Shown: positions 55,619-64,000 of the stretch, piece after piece
Numbering within the stretch: position 1 is the first letter of the stretch
Layout of the letters: every line of letters begins with the position of its first letter
From: Octopus sinensis
Taxonomy: Eukaryota
Reading direction: 5' to 3'
Assembly (NCBI RefSeq): GCF_006345805.1
Contig: NC_043005.1
Span: forward strand, 558,001 to 622,000
DNA: 64,000 nucleotides
The notes under the pieces: model-generated
Database searches by the model: none
What the model was told of the DNA's origin: nothing
What the model saw: only the letters and a program-made list of their open reading frames with translations
Made by a program: the position numbers and the translations under genes

Positions 55619-58393
55619 CTTACATCATATTCTTTTCTGTGTATAACACCATCCAAAATTTTTAAATCTGTGTAAAACAGACGTTTCTTTTTGATTAATC
55701 CTTCCAGTGTTTCTCCTTTCAGAACTGGTTCCATCATCGCTTCATCCACACCAAGTCTACGAGAAAAAGTTTAAAAGCACACAAAACGATCAGTGGTAAT
55801 CAATGGTCGTCTACATTAGAAAAAACTATTGAGTTGGGTTGATAGATTTTAGATAAATTCATTTGTTTTAGAGAGAAGGAATATGTTTTAGATATTAAGG
55901 GAACAAATTATTTTATTCATTTAGAAGTAGAAAGAAAACTTAATTAGATCAGCATTCATTCACATTCACTGACCACTAATGATCAGATGAATATCATACC
56001 ATATAAAGTAAATGGACATATTTAAAAGAAATCAAAAGAAAGGAGAAATATCGTTTCAATTTGAGTAATGAGGCCAGCCCATAGCAATACAGTTTTATAA
56101 TTTTTTTGAACATTACAAGTTTGTATTAACTGAGACGAGTAAATTGAAATTCTAATGATTTTGTCCCAATTCACCAGAAAAGAAAAGGAAAAGAAAAAAT
56201 CTAAAACTTTGAGGGTTTGGGCAAATTTGTCAAAATCTAACTAATGTAAAATGTAACTAAAATTAACTTTACTGCACTTTTAACTCTGTGATTTCTAATT
56301 AAAACCTTTATTTGGAAAATACTTGAATACTTTTCTAAACGACTGTGCTCACTTTACTGTTAATTTGCTTGCGCTATTCAATAACCTGCAATTAGAGGTA
56401 AGAATATGGAATATTTCTTCCAAGCAGAGATCACAATTCGAATTCCCAACAGTAGACGGCGAAGTGCTATTAATATTTGTCCACTTAATATCATATATAT
56501 CACCCCTATTCTTTAAAATCCAGATGAATCCACTCAAACTTAAAATTCATTTTCCCCCCATTTTTGAACGAAGAAAGGTGGTTGCGTAAACTTTGTTTAA
56601 AATAAGCAGAACAAGAACATATGTAATAATCAGAAGTGCCATCAGTTGTTACTATACATCTAAAAACTAAGCATTTTTATGAGACATTGCCTTCAAGTGG
56701 ACATACTAATTTGTTCTTATAGTTACGATAATGCTTATTAGTACTAACTTATGCTTGCTACCGGTAGAAATATCATGTACCCCATCTATAATGTTACGTA
56801 TCACTTTATGGTTATTATCAGTTTCGCTATAGATTGAAGTAGATGTATCATTGCTTTTCCTTACTCAGCTCATTTAATTCAGATGAGTGTAGTTTGGGCT
56901 CAGCTGCCTCCTTTATACTATCTTCTGTAGTTCTTTAGTGTTTTCGCAACTACTGCTAACTAAATAGTTCATTATCCCACAAGAATCATTCATATTATGT
57001 TCCACCTTATCCGTATAGTTATTATTATTACTAGTTATATTACTAATATTTATATTGGTTTTATTATTTGTGCTTACTAGGTTCCTATTAGTTAATTCTC
57101 TAACTCTAAAAATTGTAAGCTACAATAATTTGGGCTAGGTTCGTACTTGTATTAAAAGCAAATCTAATCGTGTGCCGATTGAAAATCTGACTCTATTTGT
57201 TAGATGGTGGAAACTTAATGCAGCGAAAAATTTTGCAGGTATATTTGTGACTATCTGAGTTCCGAAGACTGCATTATAATATAATATATGTGTCTAGATC
57301 TAGCTTTTCTTTTAGTGGGTAGGGGTCACTGTTTTTGTTAACAACTTCATTTTTATATCTGTTGTATGTTTTTTAAAATAAATCTATTACTACATTTAGT
57401 ACGGGATTTACTTAAAATAACATCGTTATCCATTATTCTTATTATTGTGGTGTTTGGCACGATGACTGGACATTTCATTATCTTTGTAGAGCTTTTTGTT
57501 TTATGCTCACTTATTTACTTATATCTGCTGGGTTCATAATATTAACCTTATTCAAATTTTATTAAGTCATTCTATGTTTAAGTGATATTAGAACTATAGC
57601 CACAGCGTATTTCAAAGCAATCTTTGTTGGCATGTACCCTGAGATTCTTATGATCCCTCACCTAGAATATACTTTCAGAAGGACTTCCAAAAACTTGAAT
57701 CCTCAGTTCGTTTCATCCAGGCAAACTGAACAAAGCTGCATAGGAATGTCTGCCTCCGATGAATGTGTAACGCAAGTGAATCAACTGAATGCTCATAAAT
57801 AGATCAAGGGATACTAGGACAGTTATCCAGCAGAAACACGTGTTGGATTGGTATTTGCTGAGAATAACACTTGAATAAATAGATTTTGAAGATGTATAAT
57901 TCTCCATTCTTCTTTGTGATGTCTTCTTGATTATATATGTGTGTATACAGAACGGGTCTCCAAGCAGTTCGTGCCTATTAAATTCCACTTAGAGAACTAC
58001 GTTAAGTGACACATGCTCTAGAACCACGCGATTGCCGCTGCCAGTTCTAATAAACCCACTTTTTCTGCTTCTTTACATACTAAAAAAAATTACAAGAAAA
58101 GTCTAGGTTTTTCCTGTATTAGAAAATCTGTTTATGCATAAAAAAACAAACAAACAAACAAAAGAACTGAAAGGGAAATTAATATTAAAACTGTTTTAAT
58201 ATCTGTGGACCTCGGTAATGCCTAGCGAGTCCCAGATATTTAAATTATTGTTTAAATATATAATTGTTCTAAATAAGGATCTGCTGACTTACTTTGAAGG
58301 GATTTCTTCACACAATCTTATTGATTTGGGGTTACAACGATTAAGACGTTGATATCCAAACCACGTGTCTTCCTTCCAATGCATAAAAGACTC
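11308..58393 (-). CDS. Lipoxygenase (arachidonate LOX / AOS-LOX-like catalytic domain), 12 exons in window, 5' part outside window
   Basis: Manually spliced exons 58393-58293, 55756-55624, 53400-53305, 47569-47473, 38266-38149, 36370-36278, 26630-26570, 22401-22296, 20889-20807, 17535-17353, 13364-13201, 11422-11308. All introns are GT-AG, phases match and the total is 1350 nt. Motifs: WKEDxWFGYQRL, PIAIQL, WTLAKMW, HQxxxHLxxTH, [15 protein letters not shown], ELQxW, HAAVNFxQY, C-terminal PNSIAI-stop. Confidence 0.95.
11823..12067. mobile_element. Tc1/mariner-type MITE
   Basis: Terminal inverted repeats (TIRs) aagtaggtatacag / ctgtatacctactt, further AT-rich complementarity inside, and a ...cctgTA end. 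Confidence 0.65.
12425..13095 (-). mobile_element. Three tandem OK-type SINE copies or fragments (12425-12575, 12580-12812, 12880-13095)
   Basis: Repeated aaagtcgacctcggcggaatttgaactc and ctaacgattctg motifs; (TAA)n spacer. Confidence 0.88.
13201..13364 (-). CDS. LOX exon k ([55 protein letters not shown])
   Basis: tatcag acceptor, gtaagt donor, phase 0 to 2. Confidence 0.92.
14000..16572 (+). mobile_element. Internally deleted Ty3/Gypsy LTR retrotransposon (LTRs 14000-14282 and 16307-16572)
   Basis: Two similar TGTGG...CCACA LTRs; gag-like start near 14317; ORF 14798-15847 with RNase H ([21 protein letters not shown]) and integrase (HxxxxHLG, CxxC, DNGxAF); no protease or RT. Confidence 0.9.
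17353..17535 (-). CDS. LOX exon j ([61 protein letters not shown])
   Basis: gttaaag acceptor, gtaagt donor; HAAVNF Fe-ligand motif. Confidence 0.95.
18110..18310 (-). mobile_element. OR-type SINE 3' half
   Basis: cagtcatttgactgtggccatgctggagcaccgcc motif shared with full copies. Confidence 0.85.
18415..20312 (+). mobile_element. Decayed Chapaev3-like (CMC superfamily) DNA transposon
   Basis: Frameshifted transposase pieces: [17 protein letters not shown], KAVLLHx[20 protein letters not shown], MKQFMKx[11 protein letters not shown], NLGAVxDE; 3' end ...ttttgttgaccagtg. Superfamily assignment is from motif recall. Confidence 0.75.
20807..20889 (-). CDS. LOX exon i ([27 protein letters not shown])
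   Basis: tttcag acceptor, gtattt donor, phase 1 to 0; DxELQxW motif; absent from the ORF track. Confidence 0.93.
21590..21770 (+). mobile_element. Relic L2/CR1-type RT fragment
   Basis: Translates to [11 protein letters not shown] and SWIGSFLSD-like motifs across frameshifts. Confidence 0.5.
22296..22401 (-). CDS. LOX exon h ([36 protein letters not shown])
   Basis: tttcag acceptor, gtaatt donor; LPxYxxRDD motif. Confidence 0.95.
22725..23070 (-). mobile_element. Mariner transposase 3' relic
   Basis: PSDFHL and LQRRWKKCV...EDIL motifs, followed by terminal-type sequence. Confidence 0.75.
23125..23345 (+). mobile_element. OK-type SINE, plus strand, near full length
   Basis: gaactggcagactcgttagcacg...gttctgagttcaaattctgccgag...ctggggtcgatataatcgacta. 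Confidence 0.88.
23560..24460 (+). mobile_element. Decayed RTE LINE 3' portion
   Basis: YSCETWT, QFHQKCL, LKWCGH and [10 protein letters not shown] motifs with stops and frameshifts. Confidence 0.8.
26570..26630 (-). CDS. LOX exon g ([20 protein letters not shown])
   Basis: ttttttcag acceptor, gtaagt donor, phase 2 to 0. Confidence 0.9.
26805..27015 (-). mobile_element. OK-type SINE
   Basis: Family motifs; (ATT)n tail at about 26788-26804. Confidence 0.88.
27130..27815 (+). mobile_element. R4/Dong-clade non-LTR element, 3' fragment (CCHC zinc knuckle plus restriction-like endonuclease, REL)
   Basis: [42 protein letters not shown]. Confidence 0.88.
27890..29370 (+). mobile_element. R4/Dong-clade element, RT C-terminus to 3' UTR, followed by (TAA)n
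   Basis: [43 protein letters not shown]. Confidence 0.9.
29600..32675 (+). mobile_element. R4/Dong-clade element, 5' end through RT (836-aa ORF 29683-32193), REL deleted, 3' UTR stub
   Basis: [48 protein letters not shown]; a 35-bp tandem duplication at 32156-32225 breaks the frame. Confidence 0.93.
32925..33140 (-). mobile_element. OK-type SINE (alternative tail)
   Basis: Family core plus the ggacaaacaaggacagaca tail type. Confidence 0.88.
34195..34995 (-). mobile_element. Penelope-like relic with a 44-bp inverted repeat (34294-34337 / 34952-34995), flanked by (TA)n
   Basis: Inverted arms read directly (3 mismatches); contains a hammerhead-like motif; PLE origin is inferred. Confidence 0.5.
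34322..34416 (-). ncRNA. Hammerhead-ribozyme-like motif, core intact, long stem II insertion
   Basis: attaatgg CTGATGA t tgct..(49 nt)..agcg t GAA ACGATCGT A ccaaatta; palindromic stem III, GUA triplet; stem I weak. Confidence 0.5.
35094..35141 (-). ncRNA. Minimal hammerhead-like motif, good stems, two core substitutions
   Basis: tttactt TTGATAA t cttttt cta aaaaag t GAA ACCGGT C aagtgaa; 7-bp stem I, 6-bp stem II, GUC triplet; C3U and G8A. Confidence 0.5.
35408..35820 (-). mobile_element. Full-length OR-type tRNA-derived SINE with CR1-like tail
   Basis: Head tggctgtgtggtaagtagc...ggttcagtccc; tail gctccagcatggccgcagtcaaatgactgaaac. Confidence 0.92.
36278..36370 (-). CDS. LOX exon f ([31 protein letters not shown])
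   Basis: tttttgcag acceptor, gtaagg donor, phase 2 to 2; carries the Coffa-site codon GCA at 36364-36366. Confidence 0.93.
36470..36550 (-). ncRNA. Hammerhead-ribozyme-like motif with intact core, about 105 nt upstream of the LOX exon f acceptor
   Basis: cagatg CTGATGA t cttg..(34 nt)..cgag t GAA ACTAATTAGT A catagg; 10-nt palindromic stem III, GUA triplet. Confidence 0.55.
37270..37890 (+). mobile_element. CR1 LINE endonuclease-region fragment
   Basis: [23 protein letters not shown]; similar to 2400-2930. Confidence 0.88.
38149..38266 (-). CDS. LOX exon e ([39 protein letters not shown])
   Basis: ttttcag acceptor, gtaagt donor, phase 1 to 2; second Fe-ligand His (38256-38258). Confidence 0.95.
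40181..40582 (-). mobile_element. Full-length OR-type SINE inserted in a Dong copy
   Basis: Head aggcgcaggagtggctgtgtggtaag; same body and tail as 35408-35820. Confidence 0.92.
41915..42238 (+). mobile_element. Insertion of about 325 bp in a Dong RT fragment, Helitron-like non-autonomous element
   Basis: Interrupts the HKMLx..LYNSIM coding stretch; starts tctatatataaac..gtctgtgtgtgt and ends CTAG after short palindromes. Confidence 0.35.
44851..47163 (-). mobile_element. Young 5'-truncated RTE-clade LINE with an uninterrupted reading frame
   Basis: Open frame 47163-44860 (767 codons plus stop): [42 protein letters not shown]; (TGA)n-like tail; 9-bp TSD-like aagaagtgt (44842-44850) / aagaggtgt (47162-47170). 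Confidence 0.93.
47262..47405 (-). mobile_element. OK-type SINE, partial
   Basis: Core and tail motifs; lies just 3' of the exon d donor. Confidence 0.8.
47473..47569 (-). CDS. LOX exon d ([33 protein letters not shown])
   Basis: ttttag acceptor, gtatta donor; WxxAK motif and first Fe-ligand His (47477-47479). Confidence 0.95.
47700..49250 (-). mobile_element. Penelope-like element (RT C-terminus, GIY-YIG endonuclease, pseudo-LTR)
   Basis: YLDDCF, LPFLDI, CHPKH, YIGQTG motifs; degenerate hammerhead-like motif at 47913-47960. Confidence 0.88.
49260..51657 (-). mobile_element. Decayed Ty3/Gypsy element (zinc knuckles, protease, RT, RNase H; integrase absent)
   Basis: [50 protein letters not shown]; polypurine tract aaaagagggagg at 49421-49432; LTR-like ends 49260-49420 and 51495-51657. 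Confidence 0.88.
51660..52935 (+). mobile_element. Decayed CR1 RT and 3' end, interrupted by an OK-type SINE (52345-52578, minus strand)
   Basis: MQFNADKFQ and LDYC..LW motifs; tail ggcggtgctccagcatgg...gctgaaaccagtaaaagaataaaag. Confidence 0.82.
53305..53400 (-). CDS. LOX exon c ([32 protein letters not shown])
   Basis: tttcag acceptor, gtaagt donor; APxALF/PIAIQL motif. Confidence 0.95.
53625..53870 (+). mobile_element. Third SINE type or LINE 3'-end element with (GAT)n tail; second copy at about 60905-61310
   Basis: Shared gtgcaggtggcacgtaa, gagtggttggcgttaggaagggcatccagc and aaccgtccaacccatgc motifs. Confidence 0.8.
53990..54345 (-). mobile_element. Degenerate OR-type SINE
   Basis: Family tail and body motifs. 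Confidence 0.8.
55018..55250. mobile_element. MITE / fold-back element with arms of about 90 bp
   Basis: gtggaaggcgtttatgagccatt...gtcaaaatatttt is the imperfect reverse complement of aaaatattttgac...aatggcttataaacacctcccac. Confidence 0.8.
55624..55756 (-). CDS. LOX exon b ([44 protein letters not shown])
   Basis: ttctcgtag acceptor, gtaagt donor, phase 2 to 0. Confidence 0.92.
56340..56560 (-). mobile_element. Relic Penelope-type GIY-YIG C-terminal fragment
   Basis: [16 protein letters not shown]...CDLCLEE...LLN pattern. Confidence 0.6.
58293..58393 (-). CDS. LOX exon a ([34 protein letters not shown])
   Basis: catacag acceptor, gtaagt donor, phase 0 to 2; LOX WxEDxxFGxQxLNGxNP region. 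Confidence 0.92.
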
Positions 58394-58969
58394 CTGTATG
58401 TATGACAAAGACAACAAAACTAAACATTGATTTCTAATATAGAAACAAGATTTCCAGTTTTATTTGTAATTGGGAGAAGGTTACATACTGGCAGGATCGT
58501 TAGGGTAGCACACCGGACAAAATGCTTAGTGGCATTTATTCCGGCTTTACATTCGGAGGTCATCTTTTTGTGGTCGATAAAGTAAGTTCCAGTCACTCAC
58601 TGGAGTCGATGAAATCGACTATCTCCCTCCCCACAACATTTCAAGACTTGTGCCTATCGTAAAGAGGATTTGTAGTAGGAAAGGTATAGTTAATTAAGAC
58701 CCACTACCAATACATAATTTGCATTTCATTATCGACCCCCAAAGAATCGAAAGCAATCGTGACTTTGGTAGTAATTGGAACGAGACCATAAATAAGTCTT
58801 ATGAAATACCATAACGAATTTTTGTACGACGCACCAGAATTTGTTGTCTATCGACTTAACTTTTGTTTGTCCGTGTAAACCAGAACTCACTGTTCTGAAA
58901 CAAAAAAATGTAACTAAACTTACATTAGAGAATTTAGTACTAGAAACAAGATACTTGAGGGAAATTGTG

Positions 58970-58993
58970 CTTCCCCGCCTCCTCCTATGCCTT

Positions 58994-59037
<44 letters not shown>

Positions 59038-59373
59038 TAAAATAAATATAAGAGAATGGTCACTATGTGGCTCATTCTAGCACTAGAAAATCCAAAAGGT
59101 TTCAACCACAAAAATACATGTTTCCCATGAAAGTCAGTACGATTGTTAGCTCGTACTGACTTTCATGGGAAACATGTATTTTTGTGGTTGAAACCTTTTG
59201 GATTTTCTAGTGCTAGAATGAGCCACATAGTGACCATTCTCTTATATTTATTTTTGTGTAAAATATTATAATATATTATAAAATATTATAATAATCCAGG
59301 TTTCTCGAAGCACTGGGCCACTTCGTGTTGAATAGATATACTATTAAATTAGTATCTAATTCTCTCACCCTTA

Positions 59374-59471
<98 letters not shown>

Positions 59472-59476
59472 ATATT

Positions 59477-59509
<33 letters not shown>

Positions 59510-60491
59510 AAATAATAGTAATGGCATTTTTATATAAGCTTAAAGCTCGTGGCGATCATCGTGCAATGACTAAGGAAAATAGTCCAATAAAGTGGCGTAT
59601 AAGCCCTCGACAGAATAAAGAAGGCTTTCCAATCGGTGTCATCGCACGGTAAGCGTTAAGCTTATATAAGAATACCATCATTATTATTATTTAAAGGATT
59701 GTAAACTCGGCGGCGTATAGAAAAAAACATTCGCACCGAAAGCATATATATATATCTGATGAATTCCGTTGCTTCGTACAACCAAATTTCCTTAAAAAAA
59801 AAACTGATTGGTCAATTCTAGACAATTAAAATCACATACTCCGGCTGCCGTGCTGTAAGATTGAATTAGGTTCAGCCTGATAGAAAAGGAAGTCTCCTTG
59901 CTACACAACTCTACCTTCAGTTTATCATTTATATTCCGACCCTTAAAATGTACTCTTTGGGTTAGATATAAATATTGTTATTGAAATGTATTGTTTGTTT
60001 TCAGATTCATTTCAACCCTGATAGAGCAAACGTTTTGAGCGAAAGCATTCCAGCCTTGTTCAGGTTGTCTTTTCTTCAGATTTAGTGCGTTTAAGTATGT
60101 ATTAAACCCAATTTTTTAAGGCGGTACGCATGACGCATGGAAGATTTAGCTATTACTTTTAATAGATCAAGCAACTGTATACAGCATTTGTTTTTTTAGT
60201 TGATCCATCGTCCTCTGATCAACAATCACCCTCCTAACCAGGCTACCGTCTGGGGCCTTACCTTCATTTTCGTTATAGGTATACATAATCATGTGATCTC
60301 GAGTGCTGTATATCTGAAATGAAATTGGATGGTGGGAATGTCTTTGATCATAGGTTTAGTTTGTTGGGTAGATCTATAGCAAATGATAACTTTAGCCTAT
60401 TTTGAATTTCTTGAGTTTCATATATAATTAGCCCTTGTTGTCATTTAGTTCTATACTAATCGCCATTGAGCAAACAGAGTATCAGAAGCGT

Positions 60492-60542
<51 letters not shown>

Positions 60543-60773
60543 TTTCGGTGCGAATGTGTTTTTTATACGCCGCCGAGTTTACAATCCTTTAAATAATAAT
60601 AATGATGGTATTCTTATATAAGCTTAACGCTTACCGTGCGATGACACCGATTGGAAAGCCTTCTTTATTCTGTCGAGGGCTTATACGCCACTTTATTGGA
60701 CTATTTTCCTTAGTCATTGCACGATGATCGCCATGAGCTTTAAGCTTATATAAAAATGCCATTACTATTATTT

Positions 60774-60828
<55 letters not shown>

Positions 60829-60876
60829 CATACATACATATATATAAGGAAGGAAGGCATAGGAGGAGGCGGGGAA
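58970..60876. repeat. Inverted duplication: arms about 59480-59755 and 60530-60800, outer tags 58970-59000 and 60841-60876
   Basis: Direct reading with few substitutions; spacer of about 780 bp. Confidence 0.9.
59039..59254. repeat. Perfect 104-bp inverted repeat with an 8-nt loop
   Basis: Arms 59039-59142 and 59151-59254 read as exact reverse complements; loop ttgttagc. Confidence 0.95.
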
Positions 60877-61329
60877 TCATGACCTTCGAACCTTGAGCCT
60901 CACAGCACAGAGGCAATGACAAGAGACCGAGACCTTTGGAGAGATGCTGTGATTGTTGGACAGCATGCCATGCTTGAAAAGATGAGTCAAGTAAAATCAA
61001 AATCAAATTCAAAATGGAAATTGTACTTGTGGCTGATGTCAGCTCCACCTGACTGGCACCCGTGCAGGTGGCACGTAATAAGCACCATTCAAGCGTAGCC
61101 TGTGCTGCCTGACTGGCTCCTGTTCCGGAGGAATGTAAAATTACCCTCTACATTCTCGGAGTGGTTGGCGTTAGGAAGGGCATCCAGCTGTAGAAACCTT
61201 GCCAGATCAGATTGGAGCCTGGTGCAGCTACCTGGCTTTCCAGTCCCCAATCAAACCGTCCAACCCATGCCAGCATGGAAAACGGACGTTAAACGATGAT
61301 GGTGATGATCATGATATATATATATATAT

Positions 61330-63044
61330 ATATATATATGAAAAAACAAGTAAAAAATAGAAAATGCTAAAATGATTTTATAGTGAACATTTCAGTACCG
61401 GTTTCGGTCATTTTGAGACCTTTTCAACTGTAACGATTAAATAATTAAATTTAGAAAAATTAGAAGAAAAGTTTTTTTAAAAATATTTCTATAGTAGTGT
61501 TCAGATTTAAGTGGCATTCTGCCTTTCTCTGACTCCCTTGTTTGCACTTGTGTGTTCGAGGTAGTTGTGAGTTCTTGGTAGGGTAGTAGAGAGAAGGCTG
61601 GTGAGGAAAGGGGTGGGTGGGAGAATCTGGGAGTGCCCTGATGGTCGTATTTTAAATGGTCAGTGGCGGCTGGCAGTCTCAGTTCAATTCAGGATAATAT
61701 TTATATTGACAGGCTTGTTTATAGAATTAGCGTAGGTGTTATACTAAAAAACATTAGTGACAAACTTAAGGGGTAGGGGGTGGAGAAGAAGAAGAAGAAG
61801 GAGAAGGAGAAGGAGAAGATGACGATGATGGTGATGGTGGTGATGATTATGACGGCGATGATGATGATAACGATGATGATGAAGAAGAAGAAGAAGAAGA
61901 AGGAGGAGGAGAAGGAGAAGATGGTGGTGATGATGGTGGCGATGATGATGATGCCGATGATGATGATAACGATGATGATGAAGAAGAAGAGGAAGAAGAA
62001 GAAGAGGAAGAAGAAGAAGAAGAAAAAACAGAGAAGGGAGAATAGTAATGGGTGTAAATATAGCTATGAAGGGGCTGATTAGTAATGGATTCTATGGAGT
62101 GTAGTATTTGTGTGTGTATATATATATATATATTTTTTTCTTTTATTCTAAAGTTGAGGTATATTAATTGTTTGTCGTAGACCCCTTCTTAACGGGTCTA
62201 CGACAAACAATTAATATACCTCAACTTTAGAATAAAAGAAAAAAATATATATATATATACACACACAAATACTACACTCCATAGAATCCATTACTAATCA
62301 GCCCCTTCATAGCTATATTTACACCCATTACTATTCTCCCTTCTCTGTTTTTTCTTCTTCTTCTTCTTCCTCTTCTTCTTCTTCCTCTTCTTCTTCATCA
62401 TCATCGTTATCATCATCATCGGCATCATCATCATCGCCACCATCATCACCACCATCTTCTCCTTCTCCTCCTCCTTCTTCTTCTTCTTCTTCATCATCAT
62501 CGTTATCATCATCATCGCCGTCATAATCATCACCACCATCACCATCATCGTCATCTTCTCCTTCTCCTTCTCCTTCTTCTTCTTCTTCTCCACCCCCTAC
62601 CCCTTAAGTTTGTCACTAATGTTTTTTAGTATAACACCTACGCTAATTCTATAAACAAGCCTGTCAATATAAATATTATCCTGAATTGAACTGAGACTGC
62701 CAGCCGCCACTGACCATTCAAAATACGACCATCAGGGCACTCCCAGATTCTCCCACCCACCCCCTTTCCTCACCAGCCTTCTCTCTACTACCCTACCAAG
62801 AACTCACAACTACCTCGAACACACAAGTGCAAACAAGGGAGTCAGAGAAAGGCAGAATGCCACTTAAATCTGAACACTACTATAGAAATATTTTTTTAAA
62901 AAAACTTTTCTTCTAATTTTTCTAAATTTAATTATTTAATCGTTACAGTTGAAAAGGTCTCAAAATGACCGAAACCGGTACTGAAATGTTCACTATAAAA
63001 TCATTTTAGCATTTTCTATTTTTTACTTGTTTTTTCATATATAT
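61330..63044. repeat. Near-perfect palindrome, arms of about 850 bp, 9-nt loop (62185-62193)
   Basis: Differences I found: one substitution and four repeat-length changes; contains a PLE-like 3' end and a compound trinucleotide repeat. Confidence 0.95.
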
Positions 63045-63070
63045 CAACTCGTGTGTTCCTTTTCACCCTT

Positions 63071-63129
<59 letters not shown>

Positions 63130-63130
<1 letters not shown>

Positions 63131-64000
63131 GAAATAGGTTTCAAAGAGAAAAGAAACTACACTTTGTATAAATATGTAAAAACTAAAAATAAAAGAGAAA
63201 ATGCACATTGTATATGAAAAAATATAGGCTTTTTATGAACAGCAATGATAAATATATACAATTAAATGACCTGAGGTAGAATTAAGAGGTATAAAAGTCA
63301 TTATTTTGTTAAAGAGATTCAATGTCATACCGGTATTGTCAAAAGCTGTTCACTGTCTTTGAATGAGCACCGATTTCCAAACGGTGTCGGGTCTACTCTT
63401 TGTCGGAGTGACATTCCTGTTTGCCCATCAGTACCCGCCAAAAGGTGGGGGCATGTGCCACAGTTAGGCCACCCGTATTTTTCACTTTTGGTTCCTTTGT
63501 TAATAGATATAGTCTTGTGTTGGTTAATATTATTTTTAATGATTTCGGTTGCATTTTGCTCTTGATAATTTTGTGTGAGCCTAAAATTTTGTTCATTGTT
63601 TTATCTCCTGTGAGAATGGATAGATTTTGTATGATGATGTTGAAGGCCTCATTGTTTCTATGGTTGTGTGTGAAGAAGTATGGGAGTATTTTAAAGTCTG
63701 GTTTGGTATTTCGGTTGACTTCCCTTAATGTTCGTATGTCTATTTCCTTTTCTCGTTTAATCCCATCATTTATTAATGATGCTGGGTAATGTCTCTTGAT
63801 TAGTATTGATCTGAGTTCAAGGAGTCTTCGTTCACGAGTATAGGTGTCCGAAACTATAGTACAGATTATTTTCGCTAGATTATAAGTATATTAATTTTTA
63901 TGTGTTTGGGATGGCATGAGTTGAATAATAGGCATTGTTTAGAATCTGTGGGTTCATAGAAGATGTCTGTTTCGATATGGTTATTAACTATTTTAATTAG
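63130..64000 (-). mobile_element. Penelope-like element, same family as 47700-49250, running out of the window
   Basis: 63491-64000 is identical to 48530-49039; the pseudo-LTR portion is diverged. Confidence 0.9.

Noticed and set aside
59839-59875. Possible 37-nt upstream LOX exon (ctatcag acceptor, gtatgt donor)
   Set aside because: The translation does not resemble the expected LOX segment; splice-like sites alone are insufficient
60261-60313. AG...GTAAG-bounded open segment as an upstream LOX exon
   Set aside because: Its open frame ends in phase 1, incompatible with exon a (phase 0), and there is no LOX similarity
61780-62593. Two near-identical Lys/Glu/Met-rich ORFs on opposite strands
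   Set aside because: Compound trinucleotide repeat duplicated by the palindrome

Overview
Repeat-dense animal genomic DNA, almost certainly octopus, judged from the tRNA-derived OK/OR-type SINEs and extreme microsatellite load. The one host gene I can support is a minus-strand lipoxygenase. I reconstructed 12 consecutive GT-AG exons (58393 to 11308, 1350 nt, 449 aa plus stop) with matching phases, all iron ligands intact and Ala at the Coffa stereo-determinant. Its 5' exons lie beyond the window. The introns and flanks hold CR1, RTE and R4/Dong LINEs (two same-strand Dong pile-ups at TAA repeats), two internally deleted Gypsy elements, a Chapaev3-like and a mariner transposon, MITEs, Penelope-like elements (PLEs) and three SINE types. 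The most unexpected signals are (1) minimal hammerhead-ribozyme-like motifs with palindromic stem III on the lipoxygenase sense strand, three clustered around one exon and sharing a U-U at the base of stem II, and (2) three near-perfect inverted duplications within about 4 kb at 59-63 kb.
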